The notes under the pieces: generated by a model
What the model saw: only the letters and a program-made list of their open reading frames with translations
Databases searched by the model: none
What the model was told of the DNA's origin: nothing
Part shown: piece by piece, positions 8,525 to 17,160 of the stretch
Layout of the letters: every line of letters begins with the position of its first letter
Numbering within the stretch: the first letter of the stretch is position 1
Program-made: the position numbers and the translations under genes
Source of the DNA: a virus
Taxonomy: Duplodnaviria > Caudoviricetes
DNA length: 46,299 bases
Direction: 5' to 3' (one strand)
IMG/VR virus record: IMGVR_UViG_3300009159_000107
Span: 1-46,299 of that record

Positions 8525-8974
8525 ATGACCAAGTTCGCCCACGCCCCCGCCCGCTCGACCACCCGCTTCTGCTCATGGTGCGGCCCTTACGCCCTCGCCG
8601 CCGTTGCTGGCATCACCTATGACGCGGCCTATGACACCTGCCTCCAAGTTACTGGCAAGCCCGTCGTGAAGGGGCTGACAGTGTACCACCTCCAAAAGGG
8701 GCTGGCAGCCCGTGGGGTGCAGTACACCCGCTTGTCGATGACCGAAACCCGCAAGCCCGCCGAAGGTTGGCGCTTGGGCGAACCCATGACCCTGACCCAG
8801 TGGTACAAGCAGCGCCCTGACAAGCAGGCGACCTACATCGTGAACGTCACAGGCCACTACGTCGTGGTGCGCGGCACCCGCGTGATCGACAATCAACAGC
8901 CCGTCTGGCAGGCGTTCGCAGACCGCAAAAAGCACAAGCGGTCGCTCGTGGAAAACGTCATCCAGATCGCCTGA
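8525..8974 (+). CDS. Putative papain-fold cysteine peptidase, C39-like
   Basis: WCGPYALAAVAG (Cys), GHYVVV (His), VIDN (Asp) in C39-like order and spacing. Confidence 0.6.
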   Translation: MTKFAHAPARSTTRFCSWCGPYALAAVAGITYDAAYDTCLQVTGKPVVKGLTVYHLQKGLAARGVQYTRLSMTETRKPAEGWRLGEPMTLTQWYKQRPDKQATYIVNVTGHYVVVRGTRVIDNQQPVWQAFADRKKHKRSLVENVIQIA

Positions 8975-9040
8975 CCCCAGAGTTCAGCGGCCCTGCGGGG
9001 CCGTTGTGATCTGAGATCAACCAACCACATGGAGACTGAT

Positions 9041-9256
9041 ATGTACGACGTTTATGGTGTGACCTGCTACAGCTACGAAGAGGCTTGCATGGTCGCGGGC
9101 ATCGAAACCCCAGCCCAACTGGAAGCCGAGGAAGCATGGTACGCCATGCGGGCCGAGGTCGAAAGCCTGCGCCACCCGGTTGAGGTCCAGTGGTGCATCT
9201 GCGTTCGCAACACCCGCAAGGCGGCGTATGACCTTGACGATTTTATTCCGTTCTAA
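9041..9256 (+). CDS. Hypothetical acidic protein
   Basis: CAACCAACCACATGGAGAC leader; ends DDFIPF. Confidence 0.7.
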   Translation: MYDVYGVTCYSYEEACMVAGIETPAQLEAEEAWYAMRAEVESLRHPVEVQWCICVRNTRKAAYDLDDFIPF

Positions 9257-9259
9257 GTT

Positions 9260-9304
9260 AAAATAGTTGTTGACCCCCTTGATCGTACGATGTATCAAGG
9301 GGGT
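9260..9304 (+). promoter_or_regulatory. Repeated early promoter copy 4, within an 11-bp inverted repeat
   Basis: TTGACC(9270)-N17-TATCAA(9293), TCGTACGA in spacer; ACCCCCTTGAT/ATCAAGGGGGT. Confidence 0.75.
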
Positions 9305-9332
9305 ACCGAAACCAACCACCTTGGAGACTGAC

Positions 9333-9926
9333 ATGACCCGTGGCACCTTTATCGAAAACGAAGTGAAGTACGAAGCCGCCATCGAACGCAACATCCGCGC
9401 CAACGCGTCCAAGACGCGCCACGCCAAGTGGATCGCCAGCGCCGATGGCAAGCGCATTGATGCGTTCCTGTTTCAGTATGGCGAGTTCCAACACACCAAC
9501 ACGCACCACCCGGTGGTCAGGGCATCGCTTGGGGACTTCTACAGCGCCATGCGCGACAACGTGCTGGAATGGGGCGGCCTGACCGAAGCCCAGACCCGCG
9601 CTGTGATGGGCATGATCACCCGCGCCGAAGCCCGTGTGGCAGGCTTTGCAGCCAAGCGGACCGCAGAGGGCGCTGCATCGGGCTGGATTGGTACCGTGGG
9701 TGAGCGCCGGGACTTCACCGTCACCATCCGCCACATCCACACCATGGAAGGCCTGTATGGCACCTCGTTCCTGCACATCCTGAACGACGCGCAGGGCAAC
9801 GTGGTGATCTACAAGGGCACCAAGTGCCTTGGCGACAAGGGCGAGACACTGACCGTCAAGGCCACCGTCAAAGAGCATGGCGAACGCGAGGGCGTAAAGC
9901 AGACCAAGATTGCCCGGCCCGCCTAA
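9333..9926 (+). CDS. Hypothetical protein with C-terminal OB-fold-like region
   Basis: GTVGERR..T....GLYG....GNVVIYKG....VKATVKEH....KQTKIARP pattern. Confidence 0.7.
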   Translation: MTRGTFIENEVKYEAAIERNIRANASKTRHAKWIASADGKRIDAFLFQYGEFQHTNTHHPVVRASLGDFYSAMRDNVLEWGGLTEAQTRAVMGMITRAEARVAGFAAKRTAEGAASGWIGTVGERRDFTVTIRHIHTMEGLYGTSFLHILNDAQGNVVIYKGTKCLGDKGETLTVKATVKEHGEREGVKQTKIARPA

Positions 9927-9930
9927 CAGG

Positions 9931-9958
9931 TGGGGGCTTCGGCCCCCATCTATCATTT
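9931..9958 (+). terminator. Hairpin/terminator ending the early cassette
   Basis: TGGGGGC-TTCG-GCCCCCA followed by a weak U tract. Confidence 0.6.
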
Positions 9959-10012
9959 GCGGCGCAGCGGTGTTATATAGGTGGTATCCGATCCATTAAG
10001 GGGGTGCTACAT

Positions 10013-10456
10013 ATGCCCGCAGGCCGTCCTCCGCTACCGTTTGACCAAGACATCGCGGACCAAATTCTAGAGGCCATCTCATCCGGGACTGGCCTCGTTA
10101 CCTTTTTAAAGTCAAGCGAAGAGCTTCCGTCCTACCCGACCGTAATGCGCTGGGTTAGGGAAAATCCCGAATTTGCTGCAAGCTACGCGCAGGCGCGGGA
10201 GGACATGGCCGACGCCGATGCGGACAAGATCGCGGACGTTGCTCAGTCGGTCATAGACGGCGGCCTAGACCCCAACGCGGCCCGGGTTGCCATAGACGCA
10301 TACAAGTGGTCGGCTGGCAAGCGGCGTCCCCGGCGGTACGGAGAAAAGCTTGAGGTCGAGAACACGGGCACCGTGCAGGTCACGCACACGCTGGACGTGT
10401 CGAACCTGACGCTGGAACAGCTAGACGCCCTAGAGGCGGCCTTGGGCAATGGGTAA
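10013..10456 (+). CDS. terS: Terminase small subunit (Sf6/P22-like)
   Basis: GRP..F...IADQI.E.I..G...PSYPTVMRW...PEFA..YAQARE; AR..ID..KW..GK..P..YG; upstream of terL. Confidence 0.85.
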   Translation: MPAGRPPLPFDQDIADQILEAISSGTGLVTFLKSSEELPSYPTVMRWVRENPEFAASYAQAREDMADADADKIADVAQSVIDGGLDPNAARVAIDAYKWSAGKRRPRRYGEKLEVENTGTVQVTHTLDVSNLTLEQLDALEAALGNG

Positions 10457-11042
10457 GGTTTACGTCATCACCGATGTGCATGGCAGGCTTGACCCACTGA
10501 AACGGCTATTGGCGCAGGTGCCAGACGACGGCCAGCTTGTGTTCCTCGGCGACTACGTGGATCGCGGCAGCGAGAGCCGGGAGGTCGTAGCACTTGTGCG
10601 TTCGATCCCCGGCGCGATCTGCCTGCGCGGAAACCATGAGGACATGCTGTGCGACTTTAACCGCCTGTGGCTGGACAACGGTGGTGCCAGCACGATCCTG
10701 TCCTATCGGCACCCGCTGACGGGCGATCTGGATGCCAAGGCGCTGGACAGCGACGCCCGATGGTTTCGCGACCTGCCCCGGTGGCACGAGGACGTACGGC
10801 GCGTGTACGTACATGCTGGCGTACATCCGGCGTATGATCTGGCCGCCCAGCCCGAGGCCTACACCCAATGGTATCGCTATCCCGAGGGCCATGACGAAGG
10901 CTACCGTGGCAAGATGGTGGTGCATGGCCACACGCCCGGGGTTTTTGAAGGGCGCAACCGCGTCTGCCTAGATGCAGGCCCCAAGCGCATGTGCTGCGGC
11001 GTGTTTGATGACGATGGGTTGGTGGAACTGCTATGGGCGTGA
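10449..11042 (+). CDS. Calcineurin-like metallophosphoesterase (Ser/Thr phosphatase, NinI/ApaH-like)
   Basis: DVHG, GDYVDRG, RGNHE, VHAG, HGHTP, LDAG motifs. Confidence 0.9.
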   Translation: MGKVYVITDVHGRLDPLKRLLAQVPDDGQLVFLGDYVDRGSESREVVALVRSIPGAICLRGNHEDMLCDFNRLWLDNGGASTILSYRHPLTGDLDAKALDSDARWFRDLPRWHEDVRRVYVHAGVHPAYDLAAQPEAYTQWYRYPEGHDEGYRGKMVVHGHTPGVFEGRNRVCLDAGPKRMCCGVFDDDGLVELLWA

Positions 11043-12670
11043 TCACGCTGCCGCGTCCAGTGGATCGCACGGGCACCTTGAAGGCCATTGAAAAGCGCAA
11101 GTGCGAGATGTCTCTGGCCGAATTTGTCAAGGCTGCGTGGGTGGTGATCGAACCCGGCCAGCCCTACGCCCACGGGTGGCATATCGACTTCATCTGCGCC
11201 CACTTGGAGGCGATCACCGATGGCGACCTGAATGACGATGGCACGTTCTATAACCGTCTTTTGGTCAACGTGCCGCCGGGCACCATGAAATCCTTGCTGA
11301 TCGGCGTGTTCTGGCCCGCTTGGGAATGGGGGCCGCGCAATAAGCCCAACATGCGCTACGTCTGCGCGTCGCACAGCTTGGAGCTTGCAATCCGCGACAG
11401 CCTGCGGATGCGGCGCTTGGTGACCGACGAATGGTACCAAGGCCATTGGGGCGACCGGGTTACCATTACTGGCGACCAGAACGCGAAGGCAAAGTTCGAA
11501 ACTATGGCCACGGGATCGCGGCAGGCTTGCGCCTTCACGGGCATCACGGGTTATCGGGGCGACCGGGTTATCATCGACGACCCTTTGAGCGTGGACGATG
11601 CCAACAGCGACGCCAAGCGCGAGGGCGTGGTCACGTTGTTCAAGGAAGCCGTAACCAGCCGCCTGAACAACCCTGACGAAAGCGCCATCGTGGTGGTGAT
11701 GCAGCGCCTGCATGAGCGTGACGTATCCGGCGTTATCCTCGACAAAGACATGGGCTACGACCACATCATGCTGCCCATGCGTTTCGATCCGGCCCGTGCC
11801 TGCGTGACCCGGCTGGGCTATGCCGACCCCCGCGAGGAAGACGGCGAACTTCTATTCCCCGACCGCTTCCCCGAGCATGTGGTGGACCGCGACGAAGCCG
11901 CCATGGGGCCGTATGCAACCGCTGGGCAGTATGCCCAAAGCCCAGAGCCAAGGGGCGGCGGGATCATCAAGGATGCGTGGTGGAAGTTGTGGGACAAGGG
12001 CGAATACCCGCCCATCGAATTCATTGTGGCGTCGCTGGACACCGCCTATACCACCAAGGCCGAGAACGACCCCAGCGCCCTGACCGTGTGGGGCGTGTTC
12101 AGCGCATCCGGCGAACAGGCATCGACGCGCATGGTGGATCGGTACGGGCGGACCATTGATGGGGCGTCGGCAACCCAGTCCGAGGCGCTGGGCGCGACCG
12201 CCAAGGTGATGATGATGTACGCGTGGCAAGACCACCTCGACATCGGCGATCTGGTGGTCAAGGTTGAGGAAATCTGCACCCGGATGAAGGTGGACTTGCT
12301 ATTGATCGAAAACAAGGCCGCCGGGCACAGCGTGGCGCAAGAGCTTCGCCGGGTGTTCAACCATGCGCGGTTTGGGATGCAGATGTACGACCCCAAGACG
12401 CTAGACAAGGTGGCGCGGCTGTATAGCATCCAGCACATCTTCTCTGAAGGCATGGTCTACGCCCCGAACAAGGACTGGGCCGAGATGGTTATCCGGCAGA
12501 CCTCATCTTTCCCCCGTGGTGCCCACGACGATCTAGTTGACACCGTCAGCATGGGGTTGAAACACCTGCGCGATGTGGGTATGCTCACAAGAGCGCCGGA
12601 GCGGTTAGCCGATATTGAAGACAGTCGCGTCTTTCATGGCAACCAAAACGCGCCACTGTACAACGTCTGA
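11033..12670 (+). CDS. terL: Terminase large subunit
   Basis: NVPPGTMKS Walker A, IIDDP Walker B, MQRLHERD, nuclease LDTA..., IENKAAG, FPRGAHDDLVD. Confidence 0.95.
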   Translation: MGVITLPRPVDRTGTLKAIEKRKCEMSLAEFVKAAWVVIEPGQPYAHGWHIDFICAHLEAITDGDLNDDGTFYNRLLVNVPPGTMKSLLIGVFWPAWEWGPRNKPNMRYVCASHSLELAIRDSLRMRRLVTDEWYQGHWGDRVTITGDQNAKAKFETMATGSRQACAFTGITGYRGDRVIIDDPLSVDDANSDAKREGVVTLFKEAVTSRLNNPDESAIVVVMQRLHERDVSGVILDKDMGYDHIMLPMRFDPARACVTRLGYADPREEDGELLFPDRFPEHVVDRDEAAMGPYATAGQYAQSPEPRGGGIIKDAWWKLWDKGEYPPIEFIVASLDTAYTTKAENDPSALTVWGVFSASGEQASTRMVDRYGRTIDGASATQSEALGATAKVMMMYAWQDHLDIGDLVVKVEEICTRMKVDLLLIENKAAGHSVAQELRRVFNHARFGMQMYDPKTLDKVARLYSIQHIFSEGMVYAPNKDWAEMVIRQTSSFPRGAHDDLVDTVSMGLKHLRDVGMLTRAPERLADIEDSRVFHGNQNAPLYNV

Positions 12671-12680
12671 TGGAGGGATC

Positions 12681-12917
12681 ATGGACAGGATTAACGGGTT
12701 GACCAACGCCCTAGCTGAGTTTGTTACCGAATACTGCGACACGCACGACCTGACGTTCACCGAGGCGATGAACGCCTTGTCGCACCTTTTCGTCATCTAT
12801 GGCTTTGCGCTCAAGGCCGAAGGCGTCAGCGACGACGACATGGAAACGTCGCTGAAGCACTGCATAGATCAGGACATCAAAGCCATACGGGGGATGCGCG
12901 ATGCCCAAGAAACTTAA
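12681..12917 (+). CDS. Hypothetical protein
   Basis: GGAGG RBS. Confidence 0.6.
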   Translation: MDRINGLTNALAEFVTEYCDTHDLTFTEAMNALSHLFVIYGFALKAEGVSDDDMETSLKHCIDQDIKAIRGMRDAQET

Positions 12918-13062
12918 TGCAACCGTGGAGCCTTTTGGCGAAGGCAAGTGGACAGTGCATGTCATCGACCGTGACACCGAGGAAGAGTTTGACCTTGTCG
13001 TTGAAGCTGAAACCGAAAAAGAAGCGGCCTTTGACGCGATGGAGATCGTAAATGAGCAATGA
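12901..13062 (+). CDS. Small acidic hypothetical protein (53 aa, not in ORF track)
   Basis: MPKKLNATVEPFGEGKWTVHV...VEAETEKEAAF; fills the gap between neighbours. Confidence 0.55.
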   Translation: MPKKLNATVEPFGEGKWTVHVIDRDTEEEFDLVVEAETEKEAAFDAMEIVNEQ

Positions 13063-13294
13063 TATCAAGATGGTAGCAGAAACCCTCGCCACCTACATGG
13101 GCCAGATGGTCAACGAGGACCAGCTTGCCCCGCCGGACGTGCTGATGGGCGGCATCCGTGCCTGCATCGCGTTCTGGGGTGGCTGCGTTCCCGATGGGAA
13201 CCGCGTCGAGGCGATGAACGTTCTGCGGCAGGCGCTGAACGAGGAATTGGACCACATGGTCCGTGGCATGGCCAACGGCATGGTCCCAGCGTGA
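13052..13294 (+). CDS. Hypothetical protein
   Basis: GGAG RBS, operon context. Confidence 0.6.
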   Translation: MSNDIKMVAETLATYMGQMVNEDQLAPPDVLMGGIRACIAFWGGCVPDGNRVEAMNVLRQALNEELDHMVRGMANGMVPA

Positions 13295-13593
13295 AGGTCG
13301 TTTATGGCAGCCCCAAGACCGTTATGACCATTGGCATGGCGATGATTGGGGACATGCCAACACCTTTCATCGGTTTTGTGGACAAGGCCAAGGTGGAGGA
13401 CAGCCCGCTGTTTGCCGCAGGGTCTGACGCATCCGCCATGATCGACAAGGTTGACGCCCTTGGGGGCGTCATCATCTACATCGAAAACCCTGACGCCGCA
13501 GAGCGTCTTACCAACCACCTGATGCACCTGTTTGACAACGCCGCCGAAAGCGACTGGGGTGACATCGAACAATCCGAGGCTGAACTGCAATGA
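13291..13593 (+). CDS. Hypothetical protein
   Basis: GTGA coupling. Confidence 0.6.
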   Translation: MKVVYGSPKTVMTIGMAMIGDMPTPFIGFVDKAKVEDSPLFAAGSDASAMIDKVDALGGVIIYIENPDAAERLTNHLMHLFDNAAESDWGDIEQSEAELQ

Positions 13594-13796
13594 TCCTAAA
13601 CCCGTGGAAACGCATTACTGAATTGGAAGACCAGATCGCCGATATGTTGGACCAGATGATGGACTACGACATTGAGATCGGCGGCCTCTGCGATGCGCTT
13701 GAAGAAATTGCCGCCGAGGAGCGCCCCACCAGCAACGCCACTGTCCGGCGCATGGGGCGGATCGCACGGACGGCCCTTGCCGCAGACTATGGCTGA
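13590..13796 (+). CDS. Hypothetical protein
   Basis: ATGA coupling. Confidence 0.6.
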   Translation: MILNPWKRITELEDQIADMLDQMMDYDIEIGGLCDALEEIAAEERPTSNATVRRMGRIARTALAADYG

Positions 13797-14217
13797 CGAA
13801 AAGCAAAAAGCAATCTGGCGGCGGGCGTCTATAAAGTACGTTGCAAAGAACCGTGACCTTGTCTTGGCGCGGAACAGGGAAGCCAAGCGCAAGAAGGCCG
13901 AAGAAGACCCAAACTGGCGCGACGAAACCAATTACAAAAAGCGCGGCAAGGGTCTGGGGTTCACCAAGAAACAATGGAATGCAATGTTTGACGAACAGGG
14001 GCGCGTCTGCGCCATATGCGGGTCCGACGACCCAAAGCACAAAAAGGGCTGGCAGCTTGACCACTGCCACAAAACCAAGGCGGTCAGGTTTATATTATGC
14101 ACCCACTGCAACAGGGGCCTGAGCGGCTTTCAGGACAGCCCCGACCTGCTAAGACGGGCCGCTGATGCACTGGAACAGTTCAACCAAAGGAGACAAGACG
14201 ATGGCGAAATGGAGTGA
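13789..14217 (+). CDS. Endonuclease VII-like HNH endonuclease
   Basis: QGRVCAICG...LDHCHKT.AVRFILCTHCNRGL..FQDSPDLLRRA. Confidence 0.88.
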   Translation: MADEKQKAIWRRASIKYVAKNRDLVLARNREAKRKKAEEDPNWRDETNYKKRGKGLGFTKKQWNAMFDEQGRVCAICGSDDPKHKKGWQLDHCHKTKAVRFILCTHCNRGLSGFQDSPDLLRRAADALEQFNQRRQDDGEME

Positions 14218-14797
14218 CAAGATGATGGCGGAAGGTGGCAGCGCGGCAGCCCAACCGATGGGTCTTTGCGGTGGGGCAAACCAGCGGTTGGGCCATACAG
14301 GTTGCGAATACTGCAACTGCAAGGACGGGCATTACAGTTTCTGCCCCACCCAACTGCGCCTTCGGGAAGACAAAGTGGCGTATGACATGGAAACGGAACG
14401 CATGAAAAAAGCAATCATCAACATCATTGACGGCAACACTTGCCCCACCTGCAAGGACGGCGTGTGCCAATGCGGGCCGGACAAAGAAGATTGGCTAGAC
14501 CCTGACAACTGGCACAGCGTCAACGTGGCGCATGGGTACTTCCCCCTCTTTTCTGTGCTAAACGATGCCCTCAACGAAGCCCAAGTCGGCAAGGGTGCAG
14601 TGCGCCACGGCAACGGCCTGTCGTTCATGGACCAACCCGCCCTGACCATCACCCGCGCCGTGGGGCTGGGCTTCCCGCTGGGTCAGGCCATGAAGAAGAT
14701 ACAGGAAAGCCAGCGCATGGACACCGATGCAGCCAAGCGCGAACTGCTTGGGGCAATCAACTATCTGGCGGCTGCGGTGCTGTTTCTGGATGAGTGA
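14201..14797 (+). CDS. Hypothetical protein (Cys-rich N-terminus, helical C-terminal domain)
   Basis: CAACCAAAGGAGAC leader; GKG..RH, GQAMKKIQE, ELLGAINY. Confidence 0.65.
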   Translation: MAKWSDKMMAEGGSAAAQPMGLCGGANQRLGHTGCEYCNCKDGHYSFCPTQLRLREDKVAYDMETERMKKAIINIIDGNTCPTCKDGVCQCGPDKEDWLDPDNWHSVNVAHGYFPLFSVLNDALNEAQVGKGAVRHGNGLSFMDQPALTITRAVGLGFPLGQAMKKIQESQRMDTDAAKRELLGAINYLAAAVLFLDE

Positions 14798-14856
14798 TGA
14801 CAAGGGTGGCCGTGCCTGATACAATGGCACGGCCATTACCTTGAAAGGGACCACCT

Positions 14857-17160
14857 ATGTCTGGCTTGAACCCCAACATCCGCATCCTTGGCGACAGCGA
14901 ACCAGACCAACTGGGCGACATGGATGTCCAGATTGAACAGGACGGCGAGGGTGTTGATGTCCCAGAAATGGACGAAAACGGTGCAATCCTAAAGATCGAC
15001 CACGGCGATGGGTCCATCACCCTGTCGCTGGACGGCAAGCCCATTGCGGACGCCGAAGATGCCGAGGGCCAACCCGAAGGCTGGTTTGACAACCTGTCCA
15101 GCAAGATTGATGACAGCGAACTGTCGCGGATTGTGGAAGACCTGTTGCGTGGTGTCCAAGACGATCTGGAAAGCCGGAACGAATGGATTGAAGATCGCGC
15201 CCAAGGCATCAAGCTTCTGGGCTTGAAGATCGAACTGCCGGGCATCCAAGGCACGGGCGATGGCGCACCGATTGAGGGCATGTCCAAGGTTCGGCATCCG
15301 TTGCTGCAAGAGGCCGTGCTGCGCTTTCAGGCCAACGCAAGGTCAGAGCTTCTTCCCACCGATGGTCCCGTCAAAATTCGCGATGATGCCAATGGTACCA
15401 CCACCCAGCGCGACGACATTGCCAATGCGTTTGAAAAGGACATGAACCACTTCCTGACCAGCACGGCACGGGAATATTACCCTGACACTGATCGGATGCT
15501 TCTTTTGCTGGGCTTTGGCGGCACCTCGTTCAAGAAGGTGTTCTTCTGCCCGCTGCGGAACCGTCCGGCGTCTGACAGCGTGGATGCGGACAACCTGATC
15601 GTCAACAACAGCGCCACCGACCTGTCCACCGCCATGCGGATTACGCACCGCGTGATGCTCAAGCCGTCCACGGTCAAGCGCCTGCAAATCCTTGGCGTCT
15701 ACCGTGACATCGACCTATCCACCCCGATGGAAGTCACGCCGGACGCTGCCGCCGAGGCCAAGGCATCCCAGCAGGGCGTCACCACCACGTCCGCCAACCC
15801 AGAAGACCGTGACCGCGAGATTTACGAAATCTATTGCGAACTGGACATCAAGAAGTTCGAACACAAGTTCAAGGGCAAGGTCACGGGGCTGGAAATCCCA
15901 TACCGTGTGACCATTGACGTGTCGTCCCGCGAAATCCTGTCCATCACCCGCAATTACGACCAGCCCGACACGGGGATGCTGCCGGAAGCCCGCACCACGT
16001 TCGTCAAGTACACGTTCGTGCCGGGCTTGGGCTTCTACGACATCGGCCTTCTGCATATCCTCGGCAATACCACCAACGCCATCACCGCCGCGTGGCGGGA
16101 ACTTCTGGACGCTGGCATGTACGCCAACTTCCCCGGCTTCCTGATCAGCGACGTTGGGGCGCGTCAGAACACCAACATCTTCCGTGTCCCGCCGGGCGGT
16201 GGGGCGCAGGTCAAGACTGGTGGCCAGAAGATCAGCGATGCCATCATGCCGCTGCCTTACAAGGAACCCTCTGGTGCCTTGATGTCTCTGGTGGAGAACA
16301 TGTCGCAGACCGGGATGCGCGTGGGCGGCACCAGCGAAGCACAGGTGGGTGAGGGCCGTGCCGATGCGCCTGTTGGCACCACGCTGGCCATGATTGAACA
16401 GGCCACCAAGATTATGAACGCGGTCCACAAACGTATGCACAGCGCGCAGGCCGAAGAGTTCTCGCTGCTGGTGCAGTGCTTCCGCGAACACCCCGAAAGC
16501 TTCTGGGAGCGCAACCGCAAGCCCACCATTGTGTGGAACGAGGAACTGTTCCTGCAAGCCCTGACCGATGTGGAACTGGTGCCGCAAGCCGACCCCAACA
16601 CGTCGTCGCACAGCCAGCGCCTGATGAAGGTCATGGCGCTCAAGCAGTTGCAATCGGCCAGCCCCGACATGTATGACGCCTTGGCCATCGACAAGGCCGC
16701 CCTTCGCGCCATCGGCTGGTCGAACCCTGAGCAGTTTCTCAAGCCGGAAGACCAGCGCAACCAACCATCGCCCGACATGCTCAAGGGCATGGAAGACCTC
16801 AAGATTGCCCACCAGAAGGCTGACGCCGACACGATGCGGGCGCAGGCTGCCATGGCCAAGGCGCAGACGCCCACGGGCGTTGCTGGCCCCGCTGGCAAAG
16901 ACCCGCAGGAACTCCAGATCAAAATGATGACGGAGCAGAACAGGGCGAAGCAGATGCAACTGTCGTCCCAGCGCGACATGGCAAACGACGAAAACCGCGA
17001 CCTTGACCGTGAGAACGACATCCGCTTGGAGCAGATGAAGATGGACCGCGACAGCATGAACGATGCGGTTCGGATGCAGCACGAGAAAGACATGCAGGCC
17101 CAGCAACACGCGCTGGATGCTGTCAAACTGGCCATGCAGGTTCAAAAGGGACGTAAGTGA
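14857..17160 (+). CDS. Portal protein
   Basis: 767 aa, after terL; HPLLQEAV.RFQA.A..EL.P.DGPVK, PGLGFY.IGL.H, APVGTTLAMIEQ segments typical of podovirus-type portals. Confidence 0.85.
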   Translation: MSGLNPNIRILGDSEPDQLGDMDVQIEQDGEGVDVPEMDENGAILKIDHGDGSITLSLDGKPIADAEDAEGQPEGWFDNLSSKIDDSELSRIVEDLLRGVQDDLESRNEWIEDRAQGIKLLGLKIELPGIQGTGDGAPIEGMSKVRHPLLQEAVLRFQANARSELLPTDGPVKIRDDANGTTTQRDDIANAFEKDMNHFLTSTAREYYPDTDRMLLLLGFGGTSFKKVFFCPLRNRPASDSVDADNLIVNNSATDLSTAMRITHRVMLKPSTVKRLQILGVYRDIDLSTPMEVTPDAAAEAKASQQGVTTTSANPEDRDREIYEIYCELDIKKFEHKFKGKVTGLEIPYRVTIDVSSREILSITRNYDQPDTGMLPEARTTFVKYTFVPGLGFYDIGLLHILGNTTNAITAAWRELLDAGMYANFPGFLISDVGARQNTNIFRVPPGGGAQVKTGGQKISDAIMPLPYKEPSGALMSLVENMSQTGMRVGGTSEAQVGEGRADAPVGTTLAMIEQATKIMNAVHKRMHSAQAEEFSLLVQCFREHPESFWERNRKPTIVWNEELFLQALTDVELVPQADPNTSSHSQRLMKVMALKQLQSASPDMYDALAIDKAALRAIGWSNPEQFLKPEDQRNQPSPDMLKGMEDLKIAHQKADADTMRAQAAMAKAQTPTGVAGPAGKDPQELQIKMMTEQNRAKQMQLSSQRDMANDENRDLDRENDIRLEQMKMDRDSMNDAVRMQHEKDMQAQQHALDAVKLAMQVQKGRK

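Noticed and set aside
6939-9304. Repeated 13-mers as a CRISPR array or integron attC sites
   Set aside because: Spacing is irregular (600-900 nt) with whole genes in between, the repeats coincide with -35 boxes, and no cas or integrase gene is present.
14857-17160. GG-like strings in the portal (VKTGGQKI, RVGGTS) and the Gly-rich tail fibre
   Set aside because: They lie within conserved folded or generally Gly-rich regions and are treated as background. They show why a statistical test of the motif is needed.
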